IMG/VR virus record: IMGVR_UViG_3300042691_016420
Span: 24,669-88,668 of that record
From: a virus
Direction: 5' to 3' (one strand)
DNA: 64,000 bases
The stretch's first letter is position 1. Each line of letters starts with the position of its first letter. The translations under genes and the position numbers were made by a program. The notes under the pieces were generated by a model. That model saw nothing but the letters and a program-made list of their open reading frames with translations. It ran no database searches and was not told where the DNA came from. This document shows, in pieces, positions 40,798-49,211 of the stretch.

Positions 40798-43194
40798 CTA
40801 TTTACTTTTTGGTTTATACTTAAGAGCTTTCTTCTTAAGAGAAATTTCTTCTTTCTTAAGAGCAAGTTTATCATTCTCAAGCTTCATCCTATCAGCATGA
40901 ACTCTATTCTGCTGCTCATTCTCTCTAGCCTGCATTTCTTGTTCTACTTGCATCCTACTCTTTTCCATCTCAAGCTTTTGTTGTTTCTCAACTTGCTCAA
41001 ACTGTTGTTTAGATTGTTGTAAAGAAAGTTTAGTAGCTTCCATTACATCAGGAATAGCATTTTGATTTACATCAGGATTACTCATACCAATAGAACCCAA
41101 GGCTCTAATCTCAGCTTCTCTAAGTCTAGCTTCTCTATCAAGTTGTTTCTGAGCCTCATCTCTATCCATCTTCTCTCTAGCAATTTTCTCATTGCTTTGA
41201 ATTTGTTGTTGCTGTACTTGAGTTTGTTGTTCCTGCATCTTCATCTTTCTTTCCTCAGATTGTTTAATAGAGCTTTCTACCTCAGCAATAGAGTTAGATT
41301 TAAGGAGAGTAACAAAGTTAGAGAACTGTAGAGTTCCAGATGAGATACCTTCTTTAGCAAGTCCCTTAAGTTGTTCAAGGATAGCATTATCCTTAATACT
41401 ATCAGAAACATATAACCCAAAGTCAGTATTTAAGAGAGATTTAGTATTTAAAATTGTTCTAGAGAATTCATCAAAAACAAGTTTACCATGCTCACTAGTA
41501 GAGTATGCAATCTTAGCTATCTCAAGAAGATGTTCAAGTACTTTCTCCTTAACCATTGCATGCTCATGAAAGTATATCTCAGTTAGAGCATTACTCTGCA
41601 CTACAGATCTTTCTACACCTCCTACAGTCTCAGAGGAATTAATTTGTCCCTTTCTTTGCCTAGAGATACCAGTAATATTCTCTACTGCTTCCTCAATCTT
41701 ATTAAGCATTGAGAAGTAACCATTTATGGAATTAGAGAGGGTCATATCTATTCCAGTAAACTGGTTAAACTTAGATACAGAAGATGGATCTCCTTCTCTA
41801 CCTTCCTCAGCTGAGTTTACAAATGCAATACCCAGAGTATCAAAGTAATACATCCATTGCTCTACTGTCCATCCCTTACTCTTTGGGATTTGAGCAATAT
41901 CCATTACAAACTTCTTACCTTTTGCCTTAGCAAATTCTAACTCTAGTCTGTACCAGATGATGTTGTAGAGGTATTGATAGGGCTTAATGAGATCAACAAG
42001 TGAGGTCGGCTTACTGTTGATGTTGTTGAATATTCTACCAATGAATGGAAGTTTACACTTGTATGGGTTATCCACTGTGTTGAATTGATAGGGACTCTCG
42101 TAAGCAAAGAAGATTGTTGGCCCAACTTGGACTCCAATCCATGTTCTTGGAATCCAGTTCCACTCAACTGAGATTTGGTCCTTAAGTTCTGCAGGAATTT
42201 TGAAATCCTCATCAACAACTTTCTTTTGTACTTGCCCATTCTTATCAAGGTAAGTTGCAGTCCCAATTTTCTTCTCACTTTTCCATGTGACAAGTTGCAT
42301 GAGAATTTTGGTACCTGTGTAGTTGTAATGTGGGTATGTTGTTGTGATGACTTCTGGGGATTGTCCATATGATGCTGTAGCGTTAAATATTTCTGCACTT
42401 CTTAAGTTCTCTTTATCTTTATCTGTAAGTCTGTCTCCAAACCAATCTAGTATTTGACCTCTATCTAACCACATTCTACCTACTGCCCAATCACAATCCT
42501 CAATAAAGAGTGAGTCCTGGTTCTTATCACACTCAAAGTGTATTGGGTTCCAAGGGATTAAGACAGGTTCATTATTAAAGATACCTGCATAGTACACCTC
42601 TTCTGCACAAGTAAGTGCATTCTGAAAACCTCTGATAAAGTGATTCTTAAGTTTAAGAGACTTCTCAAGATGTTGTAAGAGTTTATTAGCAGTAATCTCT
42701 ACAGAGTTTGTATAAGAGTTGGTAAAGTAATTCTCTACTTCAGCAGGACTCTCAGCTTCTACCTTTTCTCCAAGGGCATTCTTAAGCACTGCAAGATAAG
42801 AATACTCTAAGGCTTCTTTCTTGTCTTGGAGATATTGATTAAACCCTTCTCCAGCAGTGGAGACAACTTTATAGGTAAATGGCCTCTTAAGTTCTTCTCC
42901 AACCAGTTGAAGAACTGAGGAGCGCACAATATTATAGTCTTGAAAGTTAGCAGGAAGATTACCAATGCTATCATGTATATCAACACCATAAGGCTTAGTG
43001 ACATAACTAAAGTCCTCAATGTTGACAATAGAATTAAAGAGATCATAATTAATTTGTTTAGCCTCTCTTGAAGTTCTACTTCCTGAGAGATTGGAGTATG
43101 CTCTACCTACTAGGGCAATAATACATTTCTTTTGCCAGTCTAGGGTTTCCTTAGTCCTTTGAGGTACTCGTTGTTCTGGAAGTGGTGGAATCAT
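40798..43194 (-). CDS. Portal protein
   Basis: 798 aa after terminase. SLVDLIKPYQYLYNIIWYRLE, ITGISRQRKGQI..SETVGGVERSVVQS and a coiled-coil C-terminus are typical of crAss portals. Confidence 0.9.
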   Translation of the reverse strand: MIPPLPEQRVPQRTKETLDWQKKCIIALVGRAYSNLSGSRTSREAKQINYDLFNSIVNIEDFSYVTKPYGVDIHDSIGNLPANFQDYNIVRSSVLQLVGEELKRPFTYKVVSTAGEGFNQYLQDKKEALEYSYLAVLKNALGEKVEAESPAEVENYFTNSYTNSVEITANKLLQHLEKSLKLKNHFIRGFQNALTCAEEVYYAGIFNNEPVLIPWNPIHFECDKNQDSLFIEDCDWAVGRMWLDRGQILDWFGDRLTDKDKENLRSAEIFNATASYGQSPEVITTTYPHYNYTGTKILMQLVTWKSEKKIGTATYLDKNGQVQKKVVDEDFKIPAELKDQISVEWNWIPRTWIGVQVGPTIFFAYESPYQFNTVDNPYKCKLPFIGRIFNNINSKPTSLVDLIKPYQYLYNIIWYRLELEFAKAKGKKFVMDIAQIPKSKGWTVEQWMYYFDTLGIAFVNSAEEGREGDPSSVSKFNQFTGIDMTLSNSINGYFSMLNKIEEAVENITGISRQRKGQINSSETVGGVERSVVQSNALTEIYFHEHAMVKEKVLEHLLEIAKIAYSTSEHGKLVFDEFSRTILNTKSLLNTDFGLYVSDSIKDNAILEQLKGLAKEGISSGTLQFSNFVTLLKSNSIAEVESSIKQSEERKMKMQEQQTQVQQQQIQSNEKIAREKMDRDEAQKQLDREARLREAEIRALGSIGMSNPDVNQNAIPDVMEATKLSLQQSKQQFEQVEKQQKLEMEKSRMQVEQEMQARENEQQNRVHADRMKLENDKLALKKEEISLKKKALKYKPKSK

Positions 43195-45242
43195 TAGTTA
43201 CTAAATAATTTAGAAGAGAAAAAATCTCTGCCATTCCTCTTATACGAGTCTTTAAAAGCAGGTTGTATTCTAGTTAATTCTATACTTCTAATAAGAGCTA
43301 ATGAGAAGGATATAAATCTATCAAAGTTACCTCTACTATTATAAGTAATAAGTTCCTGTAGTAAGCCTACACTCTTTATCTTATATACATTACTCTTACC
43401 ATCTTCATACTCCTCTCTTAACCAGTTATTTACATAGGTAATGAGTTCATTCTTAACAGAGGAATATGAATTCCCGACAACTCTGATACCATAGGTGTTT
43501 GAGTGTTGGTTAGAAGCAGCCTTGACAATACTAGGCGTTCTGGATAATAGATGTAACTTATGTTTGTTCTCACAGTGAGTTTTGAAATTGTTGATGTTAT
43601 TCTCATATAGACAACTTGCATTATAGTACTCTATTAATAAGATACACTGGTCATAGAACTCTTTAAAGTTTTGTGGCCTACCTGTGTACTCTGCAACTGG
43701 AAGATCATGGGTTTCTTCTCCAATAGCATACCTTTTAAAGATAAAGAGTGAGCCAAGAGACTCAGAGTAATTAGCTTCATCTGTTGCATATGGATCTAGC
43801 CCTGCAGTATATAAGTTGTACGATGTACCTGGGGTTGGTTTCTCCCATATCTGTATACAACCACTCTTATCTAGGCTTTTGTCTCTATATTCTAAAGGTC
43901 TGAGAGACAGGTCTGGGATAAACTCTGCATTACCTCTCTCATCATAAGACATTCTACCACAGATACCTTTATACTCATCTTTAGTCATGCATAGACCTAG
44001 CTGTTTACGCAAGTCCTCTGTAGGAAATACATTATTAGAGATGATTTGGAAAGCCTCAGATGGTGACCAAGCATACTCAGTAGTATGTCTTAAATATTCC
44101 TCAGGAGATTTTGCTTTAGCTTTCTTATTCTCTCTAAGTTTAGTCAAGAGTTCCTTGGCTCTTGGTATATCTGAGTTACCTTCCTTATCATAAGCACCTT
44201 CATAGTTCTGATACATAGGAAAGAAGAATCCTGCAGGTTTCTCAGGCAGTCCATCCTCATCCCATACATTCTCAAAGGGCATCATATTGTAATTATCTGG
44301 GTTATAGTACATTTCTGCAAAATCAATAGTACCTGCTTCCATATCACCACCAGTACCAAAGACAATCATCATCCCAGTATAGTAATCACCAGCCTTAATA
44401 GAGGGTTCCATAGCATAGTAACTCTCATTCCAATTAATGAAGGTACCTGCTTCTTCTACAATTATCTTACTAGCATCAGCTCCCCTTGCAGCATCAGCAT
44501 TGTTCTGAAAAGAGATACAAGTAATAGCACTTTGAAAGCCTTTTGTAAGTTCTGTACCATCCTCAGTATACTCAATAAAACCACTCTTAATTCTACCATC
44601 AGCAATCTTATTAACAAGACGTGTTCTCTTGAAGGCAGGACAGTGCTCATTTAAGTGATTGAGCATATCCATAACCTTAGTAAAGATACCAATCTCTGAG
44701 AATAGGTACTTCTTATCATAAGCAGCAACAAGGGTAAGAGACTTTTTGATGAAGGTATATTCCCAAGCAATAGTAGCAGCATTCTTATAAGAGAATCCTC
44801 TTCTTCTTGCCTTACCTACTATCATACTCTTACCTCCCTCTGTCCAAAGTACTTTATTGTTTAGGTGTAAAGTAGGTATAAGAGCAGGATCTATACCATT
44901 CTCTGCAATCTCTAGAAACCAGAAGTACTCAAAGTCACCATCCCAAAAATCAGGGAGGAGAAATCCTTTGGATACCTTTCTCTTACCTCTATTATCATCA
45001 GTTAAGTTTACCTTATTGATGAGGCAGTAGTTTAGATAGAAGTAATGCTTACCAGTAATCTTAGCACCTGAGGTTTCATAGCCATTTATACACCTATTGT
45101 ACTCCTCATCCCAAAACCTATCAAATTCCAGTGTTCCAGGAAGAGCATCAGTGTATCTACCAGTAGTAATAAATCTATTACCAACTTCTCTAAAGGGTTC
45201 TGTATTAACCCAGATACCATTCTTGTTTCTTACTGCTCCCAT
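43194..45242 (-). CDS. terL: Terminase large subunit
   Basis: Walker A GKARRRGFSYK, Walker B IIVEEAG, FGTGG coupling motif, and RNase H-like AGLDPY...NFDR. Confidence 0.92.
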   Translation of the reverse strand: MGAVRNKNGIWVNTEPFREVGNRFITTGRYTDALPGTLEFDRFWDEEYNRCINGYETSGAKITGKHYFYLNYCLINKVNLTDDNRGKRKVSKGFLLPDFWDGDFEYFWFLEIAENGIDPALIPTLHLNNKVLWTEGGKSMIVGKARRRGFSYKNAATIAWEYTFIKKSLTLVAAYDKKYLFSEIGIFTKVMDMLNHLNEHCPAFKRTRLVNKIADGRIKSGFIEYTEDGTELTKGFQSAITCISFQNNADAARGADASKIIVEEAGTFINWNESYYAMEPSIKAGDYYTGMMIVFGTGGDMEAGTIDFAEMYYNPDNYNMMPFENVWDEDGLPEKPAGFFFPMYQNYEGAYDKEGNSDIPRAKELLTKLRENKKAKAKSPEEYLRHTTEYAWSPSEAFQIISNNVFPTEDLRKQLGLCMTKDEYKGICGRMSYDERGNAEFIPDLSLRPLEYRDKSLDKSGCIQIWEKPTPGTSYNLYTAGLDPYATDEANYSESLGSLFIFKRYAIGEETHDLPVAEYTGRPQNFKEFYDQCILLIEYYNASCLYENNINNFKTHCENKHKLHLLSRTPSIVKAASNQHSNTYGIRVVGNSYSSVKNELITYVNNWLREEYEDGKSNVYKIKSVGLLQELITYNSRGNFDRFISFSLALIRSIELTRIQPAFKDSYKRNGRDFFSSKLFSN

Positions 45243-45748
45243 CTGTTAATCTTTGCTCCAGCTCTTACCTTATTCTGTGCTACATTCTCAGATTCTACTT
45301 TATCTTTTAAGCCCTCTAGAGTAGTAATAACTTGCAGGGTATTCTTTAGTGCATCAGTAACTTCCTTAACCTTATATACAGGATTACCTCTAGCATCTAA
45401 GAGTGCATAATCTACATTTCTAAAGTAAGCTCTAGTTTGATTGGCTGCATGTATGGCATCCTGAAGGTAGCGCATATTAAAGCTGTAATTAAGTTCTTTA
45501 TATTTCTCAATAGCATCCTTTAGATCTTGAGTAAGTTCTACTCCTAAATCTTTATGCAGTGCAGCTATCTTTTGTTCCTCATCATAAGCTCTATAAGGAG
45601 AGTTAAAGTCAGCAAATAGGTATACGTACTTAAAAAGTTGTATACCATTATCCTTTTTACTACTATCCTGCAGCTTCTTAAACTCTGGAATCAAGAGGCA
45701 AGCCTCATGCAAATTTACAGTAGCTCCATTTATCTCAATTATTTTCAT
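45230..45748 (-). CDS. Conserved crAss protein upstream of TerL (possible small terminase)
   Basis: 172 aa, YVYLFADFNSPY motif, position directly upstream of TerL. Confidence 0.5.
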   Translation of the reverse strand: MKIIEINGATVNLHEACLLIPEFKKLQDSSKKDNGIQLFKYVYLFADFNSPYRAYDEEQKIAALHKDLGVELTQDLKDAIEKYKELNYSFNMRYLQDAIHAANQTRAYFRNVDYALLDARGNPVYKVKEVTDALKNTLQVITTLEGLKDKVESENVAQNKVRAGAKINRWEQ

Positions 45749-45953
45749 CTCTTAGTTTCTTAAATTTCTTATAAGCATCCCTTTTAGAGAGTTTTCTAGT
45801 AAAGGTACCTATATACCTAACTGTTACCTTAGGTTCCTTGTTCTTCATAGCTTTAGCAGGAGAAGAGAAAGCAAATTTTACAACAGCATCTACATCTTTG
45901 TACGGAATTTGCAGATTCTCAGCTACTTCCTTGATAATTTGGTTAAGTCTCAC
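45735..45953 (-). CDS. HU/IHF-like DNA-binding protein
   Basis: IIKEVAENLQIPYKDVDAVVK...KVTVRYIGTF matches the HU fold pattern. Confidence 0.7.
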   Translation of the reverse strand: MRLNQIIKEVAENLQIPYKDVDAVVKFAFSSPAKAMKNKEPKVTVRYIGTFTRKLSKRDAYKKFKKLRDENN

Positions 45954-46287
45954 TAAAGATAAATTTGATATCTGCTAGGTATATACCATTTCTAAAGCCA
46001 GAAGAGGTTAAGAGACCTTTCTTTTTTAGAGATGCCTTAATGTTGTTGTAAGAAGCATCCTTAAGAGAGAGTTTATCCTTAATTTTCTTATTAGTTTTAG
46101 CAGAGTTTAGCAATTCCCAAGCAATAGCAGGGGTACTTTGTTCTTGAAAGGACTCATATTCCCTAAGTAATTCGGCAGCTACCTTAATTTCTGTCTCAGT
46201 AAGGTTAAAATTTAGTGCCATAACCTTCATATAGTTGTGATAGGTATCACCCCTCACTGCTATCAAGCGTTGTTTCTCCATCTCCAA
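45943..46287 (-). CDS. Hypothetical protein, possible winged HTH
   Basis: NLTETEIKV...IKDKLSLKDASYNNIKASLKKKGLL resembles an HTH segment. Confidence 0.45.
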   Translation of the reverse strand: MEMEKQRLIAVRGDTYHNYMKVMALNFNLTETEIKVAAELLREYESFQEQSTPAIAWELLNSAKTNKKIKDKLSLKDASYNNIKASLKKKGLLTSSGFRNGIYLADIKFIFSET

Positions 46288-46645
46288 AAGGTATCTTAAG
46301 TTGTAAGTTATTTATTTCTTGTTGGAAGTACTCTTCCTCAGCAGCATTTATAAGAGTCATAATCTCATCTGGAGTTTCTAAGAAATTAAACATAATATCC
46401 TCAGTTAAGCCTTGCATAATAGTAAATGTATGCTCAGTCAAGGGTGAACTTTGTCCACCTATAAGAATAAAAGGGGGTAAAGTATTAAAGGCAAAGGTAA
46501 TATTCTTATAAGATAGGTTTTCTCCCTCTACAACAGTTTCTCCTGCTTCCCTTAACATCTCAGCAATATCATGAGTAATAGTCTTTCCCTTAGCATCCTT
46601 AAGAGAATCCTCAAAAACTAGTAATCTAAGTTTTATACTTTTCAT
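46247..46645 (-). CDS. Hypothetical protein (first gene of the leftward arm)
   Basis: ATG 46645 (MKSIKLRLL) lies 10 nt downstream of the palindromic promoter. The TTG start in the ORF track falls inside that promoter. Confidence 0.55.
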   Translation of the reverse strand: MKSIKLRLLVFEDSLKDAKGKTITHDIAEMLREAGETVVEGENLSYKNITFAFNTLPPFILIGGQSSPLTEHTFTIMQGLTEDIMFNFLETPDEIMTLINAAEEEYFQQEINNLQLKIPFGDGETTLDSSEG

Positions 46646-46655
46646 AATCTTTATA

Positions 46656-46671
46656 TATATTTGCAAATATA
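46656..46671. promoter_or_regulatory. Palindromic bidirectional Bacteroidota-type promoter at the strand switch
   Basis: Perfect 16-bp palindrome TATATTTGCAAATATA gives TAnnTTTG on both strands, between divergent ATGs at 46645 and 46692. Confidence 0.7.
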
Positions 46672-46691
46672 AAATAAAATTTTAAGAAAAC

Positions 46692-46958
46692 ATGAATAGA
46701 AGTTATCGTAGAAAGTTAGAAAAACTAAGAGAGCAAGAATATAGATTATTTGTAAAGAAGAATAAGGGTTTTCTAGATGCTATTAAGGGTGATGGAGGAT
46801 CTCAGGAAACAATGCAAAGAATTAAGGAACTTTTAGATAATTATGGGCAACAAGAACAGACCTTGGAAGGAAGAAAAGAAATTATCACCACAGAAGAAGA
46901 AAGAACAGAAGTTGAAGGAAACCAAGAAAGCTCTAGACAAGATGAAGTGGGAAGCTAA
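46692..46958 (+). CDS. Hypothetical protein
   Basis: 88 aa, MNRSYRRK start, first gene of the rightward arm. Confidence 0.55.
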   Translation: MNRSYRRKLEKLREQEYRLFVKKNKGFLDAIKGDGGSQETMQRIKELLDNYGQQEQTLEGRKEIITTEEERTEVEGNQESSRQDEVGS

Positions 46959-46998
46959 AGTTAAGGATAGTAAGAGATCAGATATGTTTGATGAGTAA
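46843..46998 (+). CDS. Small Lys-rich hypothetical protein (51 aa)
   Basis: MGNKNRPWKEEKKLSPQKKKE...DMFDE, read from the sequence. Below the ORF-track cutoff. Confidence 0.45.
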   Translation: MGNKNRPWKEEKKLSPQKKKEQKLKETKKALDKMKWEAKVKDSKRSDMFDE

Positions 46999-47007
46999 AT
47001 AAAGTTT

Positions 47008-47142
47008 ATGGCAAAGAATAAAGTAACAGAGAATACCTTCAAGAAGAAATATAAAGTTTCTCTTGGTAGACATGCTAAGAAAGATAGTTTGTCTAAAGGA
47101 AGTAAGAGATATAAGAAACCTTATGCTGGACAAGGAAGATAA
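47008..47142 (+). CDS. Small basic phage protein ending Y.GQGR (44 aa)
   Basis: MAKNKVTENTFKKKYKVSLGRHAKKDSLSKGSKRYKKPYAGQGR. The RHAK...Y.GQGR ending is a recurrent small phage protein type. Not in the ORF track. Confidence 0.65.
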   Translation: MAKNKVTENTFKKKYKVSLGRHAKKDSLSKGSKRYKKPYAGQGR

Positions 47143-47149
47143 AAATAAT

Positions 47150-47350
47150 ATGAGTAATACAGTATTAAAGAAATTAATATCTCAGTATGTTGAGCTATTA
47201 AGTAAGTTGCCTGAAGAGAAGGCTATGGTTAATGTAGTTGTAACTTCAGGCCTTGTTAATATTAAGGGAGAGTTAATAAAAGATAATGATATAAAAAATT
47301 TATCTTATCTTCTTATTGATAATGAGGGAGATACATTAGAAGTAGATTAA
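47150..47350 (+). CDS. Hypothetical protein
   Basis: ATG 47150 (MSNTVLKK) after an A-rich leader. The upstream extension in the ORF track overlaps the previous gene. Confidence 0.5.
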   Translation: MSNTVLKKLISQYVELLSKLPEEKAMVNVVVTSGLVNIKGELIKDNDIKNLSYLLIDNEGDTLEVD

Positions 47351-47509
47351 AAAGGAGTTATAATGTCAATTATTTCTCGTATAATTATTTAAAATAATTA
47401 CATACATTTAAATATGTATTTGCCCATACTATAGGTAAGTTTAATTACCTTAAGTAATTAGGGTTAAGAAAGAGAGAATCTAAGAGGCATTGTATAGCAT
47501 ATGCAATCA

Positions 47510-47543
47510 GGGGTAGTAGCTAAGTTACTACCTTTTTGTTTTT
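47510..47543 (+). terminator. Intrinsic terminator
   Basis: GGTAGTAGC-TAA-GTTACTACC followed by TTTTTGTTTTT. Confidence 0.65.
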
Positions 47544-47546
47544 ATA

Positions 47547-47554
47547 TATATTTG
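47547..47554 (+). promoter_or_regulatory. Bacteroidota sigmaA -7 element
   Basis: TATATTTG(CA), 12 nt upstream of ATG 47567. Confidence 0.6.
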
Positions 47555-47566
47555 CAAAAAATACTT

Positions 47567-47890
47567 ATGAAAAGAAAAAAAATAATAGATATTATAACTG
47601 AGAATAATTTTAAGGAAATATCCTCAACTCCTGCAAATATGTATTCAATAATGTTTGATGCTGAGGGTAAAGATAAAATAATTTGTAAAGCTGATTGTAA
47701 AATATTTACTTATGTAGATGAAGAGTATGTGCTTTTAGATAGTTGTGTTAATATTAAAGCTTACTATTATGAGAAGCATGAGGATATAAATAATGAAATT
47801 CAAATATACAAAGCCAATAGACTTATATTTGAGGGGAAGATAGAAACTGAGGAAGAGTTTAAAACTCTTATGAAGATGCTTAGTTTGTAA
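47567..47890 (+). CDS. Hypothetical protein
   Basis: MKRKKIIDII... C-terminal LIFEGKIETEEEFKTLMKML. Start moved downstream of the terminator and promoter. Confidence 0.6.
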   Translation: MKRKKIIDIITENNFKEISSTPANMYSIMFDAEGKDKIICKADCKIFTYVDEEYVLLDSCVNIKAYYYEKHEDINNEIQIYKANRLIFEGKIETEEEFKTLMKMLSL

Positions 47891-48032
47891 AAGATATATT
47901 TTACAGAATAGTAGTATTGTATTTTACATTTTATAAATTTTTTTAAAAATTTTTTAAAGTGTGGGGGGAGTGGATAGCTAACAACAAAGTCCCCCAGTTC
48001 CTTAGTTAAGGCGCGCACCCCCATGCAAGCCT

Positions 48033-48305
48033 ATGTTTCACAAATTAATTACTAAAAAAATGATTATTGCAAAAAACACCCCATTCTTCTTTCATTCTCT
48101 TAGAGGTGAAAAGTCAGCGTTAATTCTGGTAAAGAAACCAGGAGTCTTTTCAGGCACACCAGTATATGTAGCTAGAGATCTAGTTGCAGGTATGGAGCCC
48201 GGTGATGTGGCAAGGTTGCAAATGGACTACACTGCTGTACCTTGGATAGTAGACGGTGAAGCCAGAACTGCAAAGAATGGCCAGCAGCTGCTCATCCTGC
48301 AGTAA
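48033..48305 (+). CDS. Hypothetical early protein
   Basis: ORF followed by a terminator. The true start may be ATG 48060. Confidence 0.55.
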   Translation: MFHKLITKKMIIAKNTPFFFHSLRGEKSALILVKKPGVFSGTPVYVARDLVAGMEPGDVARLQMDYTAVPWIVDGEARTAKNGQQLLILQ

Positions 48306-48306
48306 G

Positions 48307-48340
48307 AAAGGGGGACTATGTCCCCTTTTTGTTTGCTTTT
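48307..48340 (+). terminator. Intrinsic terminator
   Basis: AAAGGGGGAC-TAT-GTCCCCTTTT followed by a T-tract. Confidence 0.75.
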
Positions 48341-48476
48341 CTTCTAAACAGAAACTTCTAGAAACTTTCATAAGTGGTTGATAATCACACTAAACCTTTC
48401 TCACTTAAGTTTCAGTTTTCAGGCTATTACTGATTGTTATTTCATTCAATAATTATAGCCAAACTTCTATTTGCAT

Positions 48477-48610
48477 TTAATTGTAATCAAAACAAGAAGC
48501 TAGAGATCATACCTCTATATTGGTCAATAAAAGACCCTAATAGTTGGAGTCATTCTCCAAAGTCACTGATTGCAATTAATAAAAGTCCTAAGCATGACTA
48601 TAAACTGCTT
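48477..48610 (+). ncRNA. Putative structured RNA (multibranch plus H-type pseudoknot)
   Basis: 13-bp closing stem 48477-48489/48567-48579 enclosing three hairpins, then AGTC-CTAAGCAT-GACT whose loop pairs with TGCTT. Confidence 0.45.
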
Positions 48611-48646
48611 TTGTTTTATGTTTAATTATTATTTATTCACAAACCA

Positions 48647-48868
48647 ATGAAAAAGTTATTTGTCCTCATTGCAGCATGTGCTGCATTATCCTCTTGTTCA
48701 GATCTTACAAGAGATGCTAAAAAAGTAAGAGTTAAATCTATAAGATTTGATAATTACAAAGCACAATATACAGCTAGTATAGCTGTTGATGAAATGATAG
48801 TTGATACCATCTTTAATGTTGGAGATACTATTCAAGAGAATAACAAGTTGTACATTATTGTAAAGTAA
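48647..48868 (+). CDS. Small lipoprotein
   Basis: MKKLFVLIAACAALSSC lipoprotein signal. Confidence 0.65.
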   Translation: MKKLFVLIAACAALSSCSDLTRDAKKVRVKSIRFDNYKAQYTASIAVDEMIVDTIFNVGDTIQENNKLYIIVK

Positions 48869-48869
48869 T

Positions 48870-48998
48870 ATGCATACCTTAACTCTATCTCATACTCAGT
48901 GGAAAAGATTTTCACAGATTATGACAAACAAGCACAGAATTTATTCTCTTATGTACTCTATGGGTTACTATACCTATAAAGTATTATACATAGGATAA
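48870..48998 (+). CDS. Small hypothetical protein (42 aa)
   Basis: MHTLTLSHTQWKRF...VLYIG, between the lipoprotein gene and a terminator hairpin. Confidence 0.4.
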   Translation: MHTLTLSHTQWKRFSQIMTNKHRIYSLMYSMGYYTYKVLYIG

Positions 48999-49003
48999 AT
49001 TAC

Positions 49004-49037
49004 AGGAATACAGGTAGTAATATCTGTATTCCTTTTT
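49004..49037 (+). terminator. Terminator-like hairpin abutting twister 1
   Basis: AGGAATACAGGTA-GTAA-TATCTGTATTCCT followed by TTTT. Confidence 0.6.
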
Positions 49038-49106
49038 GTTAATGCAGCCAGATATTTATATCTGAGAGTCCAAAGCCTCTAAAAGCCAAAATGCAGATGG
49101 ACAAAA
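49034..49106 (+). ncRNA. Twister self-cleaving ribozyme, type P1 (copy 1)
   Basis: P1 TTTTGT/ACAAAA; U^AA; P2 TGCA/TGCA; GC; P3 CAGATA/TATCTG; P4 AGAG/CTCT with loop TCCAAAGC; GA-TGG pseudoknot partner. Matches twister env22 element by element. Confidence 0.88.
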
Positions 49107-49211
49107 CTCTAGCTAGAGTAACTTTAGAAAAGGTAAATTGCTTAAACACTTTCCGTTTAAGAGATGTAAATTCATCAACCTTTTCTTCTTACACCAGTAG
49201 CAATACTGGTG

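Noticed and set aside
762-42372. Plus-strand ORFs in the left arm and most minus-strand ORFs in the right arm (for example 36764-37204, 39462-39863, 50963-51481, 61535-61897)
   Set aside because: Antisense shadows of well-supported genes, with no motifs or leaders.
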